A stretch of DNA of 63,312 bases, the filler included, from Bacteriovoracaceae bacterium (GTDB lineage: Bacteria > Bdellovibrionota > Bacteriovoracia > Bacteriovoracales > Bacteriovoracaceae), in the NCBI GenBank assembly GCA_018649885.1. It is 3 parts of 3 records of this genome, joined end to end, with 100 filler letters (N's around TTAATTAATTAA, not from the genome) between each part and the next. Parts side by side here need not be neighbours in the genome. Positions count along the whole stretch, not along the records: positions 35,560 to 63,312 come from JABIHA010000115.1; 2 more parts are not named here. One strand, written 5' to 3'. The position numbers were made by a program, and so were the translations under genes. Within the stretch, counting starts at the first letter, position 1, and each line of letters opens with the position of its first letter. Below the pieces are notes generated by a model. That model was not told the origin of the DNA and ran no database searches. It saw only the letters and a program-made list of their open reading frames with translations. Shown here in pieces: positions 41,151-50,337 of this stretch.

Positions 41151-41591
41151 ATGAAATTGATAGTATTACTACTGGCCTTAAATACAATAGCTGTATCTGT
41201 GAGCTTTGCTGATGGTGAAGGTCATGAACATGGTGATAAAACCGAACTTCACAAGATAATGGAGAATTGGGAAAAAGAATGGAAGTTCATTGTTAAGAAT
41301 TCTAGAAAACAAGCAAAGAACGCCATTACCTTAAAGGCCATTGATCGCTTACTTGTTATTATAGATAGTGCAAAACCTGAAAAACCGGCCATGACTGATG
41401 ATTTAAGCGTCAATAAGAGAGCCGGTTTTTTTAAATCCTACCAAGAAAGAATCGAAAAATTTAAAGCAGGCTTAGAAAAAGTAAAGACCCTTTTGATCTC
41501 TGATAAAAATTCTGAAGCACGTTTAATCCTAAAAGTTCTCAATTCTCAAAAGAAAGCAGGACACGGCGATTTTAAAAAAGAAGAGGAATAA
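41151..41591 (+). CDS. Cytochrome b562-like four-helix protein
   Basis: Signal peptide; N-terminal LHKIM (Met ligand position) and C-terminal KKAGH (His ligand position); no CxxCH. Confidence 0.6.
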   Translation: MKLIVLLLALNTIAVSVSFADGEGHEHGDKTELHKIMENWEKEWKFIVKNSRKQAKNAITLKAIDRLLVIIDSAKPEKPAMTDDLSVNKRAGFFKSYQERIEKFKAGLEKVKTLLISDKNSEARLILKVLNSQKKAGHGDFKKEEE

Positions 41592-41594
41592 GTT

Positions 41595-43001
41595 TTAAGA
41601 GGCCATCTTTTTTTCAATTTTTGGAAGTGAGATGGTAAAGCAAGTGTGGCCTCTATTTGTTTGGTAGTGAAGAGTGCCTTGCTGAGAAACTACTAGTCTT
41701 CTGGCAAGGCTTAATCCAAGTCCAGTTCCTTTCTTGTCTTTTTTTGTCGAAAAGAATGGTTCAAATATTCTGCTCTTTATTTCTTCTTCCAGTCCTTCCC
41801 CTGAATCAGTAAACATTATTTGAATCCTCACAGGGGTTTCAATAATGGATATTTCGATCCATTTTTTCTCTGCATTGATAATGGCGTCGATGGAGTTTTC
41901 AAGTAGGTTCATTAGAACTTGTGACAATTTAAGTGATGAGCAAAGTAATTCTATATTTGTGCTTGGTGAAATCTTCAATTCAATTCCGTAAGCCTTAATC
42001 TTTTCACCGTTTAGAGAAGTTAACTCATCAATGATATTAGATAGGTTTTCAAATTTCATCTCTTCATTTTCATCATTTCTGGAGAGATTTTTCATGACGG
42101 AGATAAGATTACTTGCCTGGTCGGTAGTTGTTCTTATTTTTTGTAAGGACTCTTTGAAATAAACTGGGTCGTATTTATCATCTTCAATTTTTTTTAAAAG
42201 AATCCCACTTTTTCCTTTTATTATTGCGAGCGGATTATTAATCTCGTGGGCAATTCCGGCAGCAGCAGCTCCAAGAGAGACTAACTTATTTTCTTGAATC
42301 GACTTTAAATCCATATCTTGTTGTTTCTTATCAAGTTTTAGTTTCTTGGTGATATCTCGAAAACTACCTTCAATTCCAACGGTCCTGTGATTTGAATCTT
42401 TGGTAAAACTAAGATCGCATTCCACAATTATGGGGTTTGTATTGGCATCTTGGAAAATCAATTCATATTGATCAACTGATCCTGTATTTTCAAGTTTTTC
42501 AAATAGGTCTGTTTGAATCTTCTCGTCAAGATATACATCTTTAAATAGATTTTTCCCAATTAAGTCACTTTCTTCTTTATAGCCAAGAAGGTGATAGCCT
42601 GTTTTATTTATGAGTTTTATACCACCTTGAAGGTCACATCTAAAATACCCATCATGAATTTGGTTGAATATTTGCTTGAATAGATGAGGGTTTTCTTCAT
42701 ATGATTCTTTTTTTGCCATAACGGCAAGATAGACAGTGAAGAAAAAAGATATGAGAAAGATCGCAACAACAATTGTATCAAGTTTTCTAGCTTCAATTTG
42801 AGCTGTTAATTTTAGGGCCTGAATCGATTGGTCATAATCGATGACTTGATGAAATGAGTTGTAAATCCATAAAAATGATATGGATACAGTTAGCACGTAT
42901 AATAAAGAAACGATTCTTTTAATTCTCATTGGCTTAATTTTCGTAACTTTGGGGCAATTAGTTGATTTAAATTTTGGAAATTTTTGAAAATAAAATAGCA
43001 C
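41595..43001 (-). CDS. Membrane PAS-domain sensor histidine kinase (NtrB-like)
   Basis: Two TM segments, PAS/PAC (EGSFRDIT), AHEINNPL, NLLENSIDA, DSGEG, FEPFFSTK, GTGLGL. Confidence 0.93.
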   Translation of the reverse strand: MLFYFQKFPKFKSTNCPKVTKIKPMRIKRIVSLLYVLTVSISFLWIYNSFHQVIDYDQSIQALKLTAQIEARKLDTIVVAIFLISFFFTVYLAVMAKKESYEENPHLFKQIFNQIHDGYFRCDLQGGIKLINKTGYHLLGYKEESDLIGKNLFKDVYLDEKIQTDLFEKLENTGSVDQYELIFQDANTNPIIVECDLSFTKDSNHRTVGIEGSFRDITKKLKLDKKQQDMDLKSIQENKLVSLGAAAAGIAHEINNPLAIIKGKSGILLKKIEDDKYDPVYFKESLQKIRTTTDQASNLISVMKNLSRNDENEEMKFENLSNIIDELTSLNGEKIKAYGIELKISPSTNIELLCSSLKLSQVLMNLLENSIDAIINAEKKWIEISIIETPVRIQIMFTDSGEGLEEEIKSRIFEPFFSTKKDKKGTGLGLSLARRLVVSQQGTLHYQTNRGHTCFTISLPKIEKKMAS

Positions 43002-43174
43002 AGTAAATTCCTTTTATTTAAAAGCACTCAATTAAGAAAAAATCTCTAAAGATTCCCAAATCATCACCAAAAACCATGATTCGACACTGGCCTAGCTCAA
43101 AATGCCACCATGGAGATTTTGATACAATTGTCGCGATTACAGTGAGTTGGCTCGTATCCCTGAGCAAATACTTT

Positions 43175-43190
43175 TGGCACGAGCTATGCA
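43175..43190 (+). promoter_or_regulatory. Sigma54 (-24/-12) promoter
   Basis: TGGCACGAGCTATGCA versus consensus TGGCAC-N5-TTGCA. Confidence 0.75.
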
Positions 43191-43204
43191 TATTTGTAGG
43201 GCAG

Positions 43205-43290
43205 TTGAGTCCAAGGATAGGATTCAAAAATGATCAAGGATGAGAGCCCGGAAGGGCAACCACGGATTTAGGGGTTACAGTTAGGAGGGC
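43205..43290 (+). promoter_or_regulatory. Leader with several GGA-loop hairpins (CsrA/RsmA-type binding sites)
   Basis: TTGAGTCC-AAGGATA-GGATTCAA; TCA-AGGA-TGA; GCCC-GGAA-GGGC; then ACGGA and the SD AGGAGG. Confidence 0.6.
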
Positions 43291-43296
43291 AGTTCA

Positions 43297-43632
43297 ATGA
43301 GTATTTTGCGAGTATCTATTTTCTCCTTTGCATTTTTTCTTTTCATTAATTCGCAAGCGTTTGCACTCAGCAGTTTATTTAGGAGTCCATGTTCAGAGGA
43401 ATTTCTAGGTGAGGTTGTTGAGATCATTGAGCCAGCCCCTCCTATTAACTCCCTATCCAAAAACAGTGTTGTTTTTAAGAATTTAAAAACATTCAAGGGT
43501 GACTTAGAGGAAACGGAGGTTATTCCTCTATTAAAATTTGGGGGATTAAATCTGGAGGTTGGGAAAGTTTATCACATCAAGAGAAGGAATAAGAGAATTT
43601 GTTCTATTACTCCTCATGATGACTTTTCCTAA
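43297..43632 (+). CDS. Small secreted hypothetical protein
   Basis: Signal peptide ending AFA; two Cys; strong SD. Confidence 0.7.
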   Translation: MSILRVSIFSFAFFLFINSQAFALSSLFRSPCSEEFLGEVVEIIEPAPPINSLSKNSVVFKNLKTFKGDLEETEVIPLLKFGGLNLEVGKVYHIKRRNKRICSITPHDDFS

Positions 43633-43687
43633 CCACAGTTTTAATCACAATTAACTTCTAGGACGGAAGTTTGAAACTCAAGGATGG

Positions 43688-44500
43688 GTGATGATTAGGA
43701 ATACAGTTCTTCTGTTTATTGTGGCATTTTTATTCAATTCAAACGATGCACTTTCATACAATTATACAACTGATTTTCAGTCCGGATATTACTGGGGAAG
43801 CCTGCCAATAACTCTCAATAAATTTGTCATTGATAGTAGTGAAGGTCCTCTCTTAGAAAGCCTTGTAAATGAATCAATCGAAGAGTGGAATACGTCTGCG
43901 GGAAGAACTATCTGGGAGACAACTCCTGGATATTCACAAGGACCATACACAGGAAATTATATAAGATGGTCAAATAACTTTGCCGAAGAAACTGGCTTTG
44001 ACGATGAAAATACACTGGCCATCACAATCAGATATCAAAGTGGCACAAATATTACTAAAACTGAGATAATTTTAAATGGAAATCTTGATTATCTTGTTGC
44101 TAATACCAACGGAGCACTTAAAGCAACAATTCTTCACGAAATAGGCCACACTATAGGACTTGGCCATTCTGATGAATATGCTATTATGGCGGCTTACCTA
44201 ACAAATCTAACAGTACTTCAAAGTGATGACATAGCTGGCGTCAATGCAGTAGTTGATGAAACTTACTACAGACAACAAACTGGCTTTGTCGCTTCAGGGG
44301 CAAGTCTAAGCTCAGATACTTCAGCAAGTGGAAGCGATGGAAATTTTTCATGCGCACCTTCAGCTTTTGCTGGGGACAGAAGCTCGGGAAGCCTGAGTTT
44401 TTTAGACAGGTATAGTGGGATCCTCTCATTACTTTTGGGGATTTTCTTAGTTAAGCTTTTGAAAATATTATTGCGGAAATCACTTCAGGCCATTAAATAA
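43688..44500 (+). CDS. Matrixin-family metalloprotease with C-terminal membrane anchor
   Basis: HEIGHTIGLGH plus AIM Met-turn; Ser-rich linker, Cys, TM segment and basic tail. Confidence 0.88.
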   Translation: MMIRNTVLLFIVAFLFNSNDALSYNYTTDFQSGYYWGSLPITLNKFVIDSSEGPLLESLVNESIEEWNTSAGRTIWETTPGYSQGPYTGNYIRWSNNFAEETGFDDENTLAITIRYQSGTNITKTEIILNGNLDYLVANTNGALKATILHEIGHTIGLGHSDEYAIMAAYLTNLTVLQSDDIAGVNAVVDETYYRQQTGFVASGASLSSDTSASGSDGNFSCAPSAFAGDRSSGSLSFLDRYSGILSLLLGIFLVKLLKILLRKSLQAIK

Positions 44501-44521
44501 GTTTAACAAATTAGCCGAATA
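44494..44521 (+). promoter_or_regulatory. Possible sigma28 promoter for 44528-45495
   Basis: TAAA-N16-GCCGAATA immediately before the ATG. Confidence 0.4.
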
Positions 44522-44527
44522 GTAATC

Positions 44528-45010
44528 ATGGATAAGCAGACGCCCAAAATTGAAGGTGAAAGAGTTGTATTTTTTTTCGTTCTAAGCGAGAAGGTTTCAC
44601 CACTCTATCTAAAGGTTGCAGCTGCATTTAGGGAAAAAGGGATTAATCTGGTTCCCGTTAACTATGATCAAATCATACAGTTCTCACAATACTTTCCTAA
44701 AGTTAAAGTTGTGATACTTGAAGCTCTTTTGGATGATCACTATGGGCTTGGAAGTATTAATCAAAGACTAATATTACAATTACTCAAAACTAATAAATTA
44801 AGCTTGTTTCATCTATCTTCATTTCGAAAACTAAGCGAAATTGATTCGACGTTAACAAGGCGAAATTATCATTTTTACAAGTTGCCATTAAGTTATGATA
44901 AAATATGTTGTGATATCCTCAATATGTTTGAGGCTGAGAGTAAGCGGAAAAATAAGTGGCCAGGGGGAAATAGCAGTGCACTTCCCAAAGTGACTGCCAT
45001 GAAAATATGA
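44528..45010 (+). CDS. Hypothetical protein
   Basis: 160-aa ORF coupled (ATGA) to the next gene. Confidence 0.65.
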   Translation: MDKQTPKIEGERVVFFFVLSEKVSPLYLKVAAAFREKGINLVPVNYDQIIQFSQYFPKVKVVILEALLDDHYGLGSINQRLILQLLKTNKLSLFHLSSFRKLSEIDSTLTRRNYHFYKLPLSYDKICCDILNMFEAESKRKNKWPGGNSSALPKVTAMKI

Positions 45011-45495
45011 ATGATGTAATAACTGAGAGATACTTAATTCTTTTAAAACTTGATGCTAGATCCCTTTTTAATAGGATTAGCAAAAGAAGCAAAGATTATA
45101 TGAATATCTTTGTTATAAAAAGAACCAGAGAACACTTTGATCAAATTTTTAAAAACAAATATGAAGGTATTTCTATTGATACTCTAGCATGCGTAAGCCG
45201 CGAGGTTGTCGAAGCGCTAGATATTTTTTACAACGAAATTGATGAGCTTAGGTGGTATTTCTATCACACAGAAGACCTGCCAGCCATGATGGAAGATTAC
45301 TTAGGAAACCAAATTAGAAATTTGGACCATCATCTATTGGCCCTTGAAGAAGTTATTAATAAAGAACTTTTTGGCCTGGCCTCTGATATTCAGACAACTG
45401 AAGAGGAATTCGAGCTGGAAGACGATTCTCAAGCGTTTGAAATCACAGGGGGAGATAATGAACTCGATCCACCTCCTCTGTCGAATATAAAATAA
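45007..45495 (+). CDS. Hypothetical helical protein with acidic tail
   Basis: 162-aa ORF; ATGA overlap with the upstream gene. Confidence 0.7.
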   Translation: MNDVITERYLILLKLDARSLFNRISKRSKDYMNIFVIKRTREHFDQIFKNKYEGISIDTLACVSREVVEALDIFYNEIDELRWYFYHTEDLPAMMEDYLGNQIRNLDHHLLALEEVINKELFGLASDIQTTEEEFELEDDSQAFEITGGDNELDPPPLSNIK

Positions 45496-45553
45496 TTCAC
45501 CGCAAAATTTGTCTTTAAAAACAAGAAATGATACACCATGACGGGGTTTCATT

Positions 45554-46258
45554 ATGAACAGACTTTCTAAAATTTCAGTAATTTGTCTTACACTTTTGTT
45601 GTGTCTGACGAGCGCTTCTAGTAGTGCAAATTCAAGGCATGTCGGAAGATTCAATAAACTTCCAGGTCTTAAAGGTTTTGGAAATGGCAAAACTGTTTGG
45701 GACAAGAAATATTCTCGTTCAAGTTATGTCTACGGGAAATCTCCTGCCAAATTTCTAGCTGAAAATTTCGATTATCTACCTCTTGGTGGTCACGTTCTAG
45801 ATATGGGGATGGGCGAAGGAAGGAACGCTGTCTTTTTAGCAGGGAAGGGTTTTAAGGTTACTGGAGTTGATATTAGTTCCGTGGCCGTAAGAAAGGCTAA
45901 GGCGTTAGCTAAGGAATACAAAGTAAGGATTAAAACAATTGTTGCCTCGTTAGAGAAATATGATTTTAGGCCAGAAACATTTGACGCTATAATTTGCTTT
46001 TACTTTGTAGATAGAAAGCTCAATGAAAAAATTAGAAAATGGTTAAAGCCTGGTGGCATTTTAATTTATGAGTCTCACACTCTTTCTCAAAAAAAGTTAA
46101 GTGGATATGAACTTACTAAGGACAAATACCTTCTAAAAGAAGGCGAGCTCCTCGGTTTATTCGACGATTTTAAAATGCTCAAATATGAAGAGCCACTCCA
46201 CAAAAAAGAATTTATCGCTAGCGGTGTCTTTAAAAAAAACGTAGCGATTAAAAGATAG
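45554..46258 (+). CDS. Class I SAM-dependent methyltransferase (TehB-like)
   Basis: VLDMGMGEGRNAVFLA, GVDIS, LKPGG. Confidence 0.88.
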   Translation: MNRLSKISVICLTLLLCLTSASSSANSRHVGRFNKLPGLKGFGNGKTVWDKKYSRSSYVYGKSPAKFLAENFDYLPLGGHVLDMGMGEGRNAVFLAGKGFKVTGVDISSVAVRKAKALAKEYKVRIKTIVASLEKYDFRPETFDAIICFYFVDRKLNEKIRKWLKPGGILIYESHTLSQKKLSGYELTKDKYLLKEGELLGLFDDFKMLKYEEPLHKKEFIASGVFKKNVAIKR

Positions 46259-46261
46259 AAT

Positions 46262-47161
46262 ATGAAACTTACCCTTTTTTACAATGGTGTCACAGTACTA
46301 GATTATGCCTACTATGATGAATCTCTGGGAGTTGTTGGTAACTCACTATACGCAGATGTTGAGTTTGTTGGTGAAACAGATGACGAGGGTGTTATATTTG
46401 ATTTTTCTCATGCAAAAAAGAAAGTAAAAGAAATTATCGATAGAGATTGTGATCACCGGTTTGTTATTCCCCAAGGGCTTTTGAAAAAAAATGGTGAAGT
46501 GGGAGTTGTAGATTACAAATTCGGAACTAGTGATCAAAGTGTTTACTATGAAGGCCCACTAGAAGCTTTTTGTGAAATACCGACAGCTACAGTTAGCTAT
46601 GAAAATATTAGTGCTTACCTTGAGGACGTTGTCTTAAAAGAGCTGCCGAATAATATTTCTTCAGTAAAAATTTCCTTAAGAGAGGAGATTTTCAGTGAAG
46701 ATGATGAGATTTTTCACTATACTCACGGCTTGAGAGATCACTATGGCAATTGCCAGAGATTATTTCATGGCCACAGAAATAGTATCAATGTGATACGGAA
46801 CGGGAAAAGATCTCGCGAGCTCGAGCAAACTTTTAGCGAAAAACAATTCACTGGTAATATTCATTTTTGTTATTGGGATAATGTAGAAAACAAAGATCAA
46901 ATTTTGGCCGTCATGGATGGAAAAGAGCCTGAAGGCAAACACAACCAAATTGAGAGCGTTGTGGTAACTTACAAATCAGGACAAGGAATCTTTAAATGTG
47001 TTTTGCCGGGATCAATGGTTTATTTTCTGCCCATCGAAAGCACTGTTGAAAACCTTGGGCTTTACTTTGCGAAGGCCTCTAAATCAATGGTAGATATTGG
47101 TGACAGCATTACTGTAAGGGCATTTGAAGGAATTGGTAAAGGCTCCATTGCCAGCTTATAA
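46262..47161 (+). CDS. Two-domain 6-carboxytetrahydropterin synthase (QueD/PTPS-like)
   Basis: G..FDF...KK, DHR, HYTHGL..HYGNCQRLFHGH, STVEN. Confidence 0.8.
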   Translation: MKLTLFYNGVTVLDYAYYDESLGVVGNSLYADVEFVGETDDEGVIFDFSHAKKKVKEIIDRDCDHRFVIPQGLLKKNGEVGVVDYKFGTSDQSVYYEGPLEAFCEIPTATVSYENISAYLEDVVLKELPNNISSVKISLREEIFSEDDEIFHYTHGLRDHYGNCQRLFHGHRNSINVIRNGKRSRELEQTFSEKQFTGNIHFCYWDNVENKDQILAVMDGKEPEGKHNQIESVVVTYKSGQGIFKCVLPGSMVYFLPIESTVENLGLYFAKASKSMVDIGDSITVRAFEGIGKGSIASL

Positions 47162-47225
47162 CCAGAGTATTTTAATCTAGTAAAAAACCCCAAAGTCCAT
47201 TTTTCATTCATGTTATAATTGTTGG

Positions 47226-47903
47226 ATGACTTTATTCATCACTGCTTTTCTCTCATTTTCAATACTAGTAACAAGTGCATTTTGTAATGAAATTTCAAAA
47301 TTTGGAGCGAGGATATCTAGACTCAACCGGCGGGCCTCCTTAGTTCGGCTCAGAACCAAGTTTACAAATGCAAAGTATTTGACTAAGGGTGATAGACTCA
47401 AGTTTTGGAATCCATCTTTTAAAAGAAATAAGTGTCTTGGCTATGTGAAGGGCAAGACAAATGAATATATGCTGATAAAAGTGCCCAATTATGAAATGTG
47501 TATAAAGAAATTATATTTTACGGTTGGATCCTATGTCTCTGTAGCTTCGGAAGATTTAAAGGAAAACCTTGAAACAGGAAAAGAGTTAATTGATATTTTA
47601 GTAAAAAAGCGTCTGGCGATAGAGGCCAAGAAAAATCGTACTCAAAAGAATTTAGATAGCTATATTGAAAGAATGGAGGCAATGAATAAGAGGTATTCAG
47701 TTCTTCGTGAAAAGCTTGAGTTAGAGTGGAAAGAAAAAGTTGATGAGCTGGAAAGTGACAGAATTGTGGTGCTCAGAAATTACAAGGAGCTTGAAGCTCG
47801 GCTTGAGGAAATCGACTACAATCTTGAAAAATACTATATCGCCGACAAGAATCTAGAGACTGACAGGTGGGCAATCGATCCAAGGTTTTATTTCAAAAAA
47901 TAA
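47226..47903 (+). CDS. Secreted hypothetical protein (beta domain plus coiled coil), paralog of 26339-27172
   Basis: Signal peptide; collinear similarity to 26339-27172. Confidence 0.75.
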   Translation: MTLFITAFLSFSILVTSAFCNEISKFGARISRLNRRASLVRLRTKFTNAKYLTKGDRLKFWNPSFKRNKCLGYVKGKTNEYMLIKVPNYEMCIKKLYFTVGSYVSVASEDLKENLETGKELIDILVKKRLAIEAKKNRTQKNLDSYIERMEAMNKRYSVLREKLELEWKEKVDELESDRIVVLRNYKELEARLEEIDYNLEKYYIADKNLETDRWAIDPRFYFKK

Positions 47904-48018
47904 ATTCATCTAATGATGCGGTGTGTTTCACGTGTAATATTTACAATATTGCCTGCGCGTCTTTAATTTAAATTTTCTTACCTATAAAAGTTATTCACAC
48001 ACTTAGCTTTGGGGATAT

Positions 48019-48351
48019 TTGTTGATTAAGAGACTACCAGTTCTTCTCATTTTTACAGCACTCATCTTAAACGTTTCAGCATTCGGTGAATGTTTAGAAG
48101 CTGTGAAAAAAGAATACGAAAGCTCACTGTTCTCACTAGGCTTTGAAGTGATCTCCTTTAGGAAGGGAGTCTTCTCTCAGGCAAAAAAGACCTTTCCACA
48201 ACTCAATTCACTGGCATTTAAGGAAGAGGATCAGCAGCTCTATATAAGCTCTCTACGGTTAAACCAAACTTACTTTGTGGATGCATTAGTAGTGGACGCA
48301 AAGTCTTGCCAAATTACCAATTCAAAAAACTTATACACTTCTTACAGGTAA
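48019..48351 (+). CDS. Small secreted hypothetical protein
   Basis: Signal peptide; two Cys. Confidence 0.55.
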   Translation: MLIKRLPVLLIFTALILNVSAFGECLEAVKKEYESSLFSLGFEVISFRKGVFSQAKKTFPQLNSLAFKEEDQQLYISSLRLNQTYFVDALVVDAKSCQITNSKNLYTSYR

Positions 48352-48357
48352 AAAAAG

Positions 48358-49347
48358 CTAGCCAACTTCTCCGGCGTAGTGACATGAGACAAGGTGTTTA
48401 TCGCCTTTAGTTCCCGGCGCGGGAGCAAGTGGTGGGACCTTACTTTTGCACAGCTGAGTTGCATATGGGCATCTAGTATGGAAATGGCAGCCACTTGGTG
48501 GAAAAATGGGGGAGGGGACTTCTCCTTCAAGTGCAAGGAGCTCGGCCCTAAGTTTTGGATCTGGTTGAGGAATTGATTTAATCAAGGCCTGAGTATAGGG
48601 ATGTAGTGCTTTTTGGTAGAGAGTATCGGCATCAGTAAATTCAACAATCTTTCCAAGGTACATCACCGCAATTCTATCGGATATGTGTTTTACCACAGCA
48701 AGATCATGGGCAATAAATAGATAGGTAAGCTCTAGCTCTTTTTGCAGCTCAATAAGTAAATTGAGAATTTGCGACTGGACAGAAACATCTAGGGCGCTGA
48801 CAGGCTCATCGCATAAGATGAGTTTTGGCTTGAGGGCAATAGCTCTGGCAATTCCGATTCTCTGCCGTTGGCCTCCAGAAAACTCATGGGGGAATCTATC
48901 AATTGAGCTAGGGGGAAGTCCTACTTTTTCAAGTAGCTCTTCTGCCCATTTTAATCTCTCTTTTGGAGTTCCGATTCCATGAATCTGGTATGGCTCAGAT
49001 AAAATTGTCCCAACGGTCATACGTGTATCAAGGGATTCGTATGGATCTTGGAAAATAATTTGAATATCTTTTCTTTTTAATCGAAGTTCTTTTTTAGAAA
49101 GTAAGCCGAGATTAACTCCTTCAAATAAAACTCTTCCATCTGTTGGTTTGTGGAGCATTAGTAGGGTTTTTCCGAGAGTCGATTTACCGCAACCACTTTC
49201 GCCTACAATGCCAATGGTTTCACCTTTTTCAACTTCAAAATTGATTCCATCTACAGCGTAGACATTACCAACGTGTTGATGGAAAAATCCACCATGGATT
49301 GGGAAGTGTTTTTTTAAATTATCTACTTTTAAAAGAATCTCACTCAC
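48358..49347 (-). CDS. Peptide ABC transporter ATP-binding protein (OppF/DppF-like)
   Basis: GESGCGKST, FSGGQRQR, HPYT...GCHFHTRC. Confidence 0.93.
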   Translation of the reverse strand: MSEILLKVDNLKKHFPIHGGFFHQHVGNVYAVDGINFEVEKGETIGIVGESGCGKSTLGKTLLMLHKPTDGRVLFEGVNLGLLSKKELRLKRKDIQIIFQDPYESLDTRMTVGTILSEPYQIHGIGTPKERLKWAEELLEKVGLPPSSIDRFPHEFSGGQRQRIGIARAIALKPKLILCDEPVSALDVSVQSQILNLLIELQKELELTYLFIAHDLAVVKHISDRIAVMYLGKIVEFTDADTLYQKALHPYTQALIKSIPQPDPKLRAELLALEGEVPSPIFPPSGCHFHTRCPYATQLCKSKVPPLAPAPGTKGDKHLVSCHYAGEVG

Positions 49348-49356
49348 TTTAATTCC

Positions 49357-50334
49357 TTAAATCTCTTTGTATCTTATGCACGACACTTCTCTGATGCCGT
49401 CGATCCACTCTTCTGGTGGTACGGCCTCAGTACACTTCTCAATTTTATATGGGCATCTAGTGTGAAAACGGCAGCCTGAGGGAAAGTTAAATACGTCTGG
49501 AACCATGCCTTCAATTGTTGCGAGCGTTTGTTTTCTAGGATGGTCAAGTCTTGGGATTGAGGCCAGGAGTCCTTTGGTGTAAGGATGCTTTGGGCTATCA
49601 AAAATTAATTCAACTGGACCTCTTTCAACAACTTTTCCTGCATACATGACAACAACTTCATCACAAAGTTGAGCAATAACTCCAAGATCATGGGTAATGA
49701 ATATAATACTCATTCCAATGTCTTCTTGGAGGTTCTTCATTAATTTTAAAATTTGGGCCTGAATAGTCACATCAAGTGCTGTGGTAGGTTCATCAGCAAA
49801 TAAAAGCTCAGGCTTGCAAGCGAGAGCAATGGCTATAACTACTCTTTGTCTCATACCACCAGAAAGCTGATGAGGGTATTCACTCATTCTTCTTTCAGCT
49901 TCAGGAATGCCAACTTCTTTTAAAATTCGAACAGACTCATCCCAGACTTCTTGTTGTGACATCTTGGGAAAGTGAAGCTCAAAAACTTCTCCCAATTGTT
50001 TTCCAATTTTATGAACAGGATTAAGTGCCGTTAAGGGCTCCTGGAAAATCATCGATACTTTTTTACCGCGAATTTGGTACATGTCACTTATAGGTAGCTT
50101 TAGAAGGTCACGATCTTTAAAGATCACTTCACCGCTGTCGACTTGTCCCGAAGGCTTTGGAAGAAGCCTCATAATGGAAAGCGAGGTAACTGATTTTCCA
50201 CAGCCACTTTCACCTACAATCCCAACGGTTTTTCCTTTGGGAACTTTAAAGTTTACGCCATTTAATACCTGCACCCGGCCGGCTTCGGTGGCAAAACTTG
50301 TTGAAAGGTTTTTTACTTCTAATACTATTTCCAT
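49357..50334 (-). CDS. Peptide ABC transporter ATP-binding protein (OppD/DppD-like)
   Basis: GESGCGKSVT, LSGGMRQR, DEPTTALDVTIQ. Confidence 0.93.
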   Translation of the reverse strand: MEIVLEVKNLSTSFATEAGRVQVLNGVNFKVPKGKTVGIVGESGCGKSVTSLSIMRLLPKPSGQVDSGEVIFKDRDLLKLPISDMYQIRGKKVSMIFQEPLTALNPVHKIGKQLGEVFELHFPKMSQQEVWDESVRILKEVGIPEAERRMSEYPHQLSGGMRQRVVIAIALACKPELLFADEPTTALDVTIQAQILKLMKNLQEDIGMSIIFITHDLGVIAQLCDEVVVMYAGKVVERGPVELIFDSPKHPYTKGLLASIPRLDHPRKQTLATIEGMVPDVFNFPSGCRFHTRCPYKIEKCTEAVPPEEWIDGIREVSCIRYKEI

Positions 50335-50337
50335 AAA

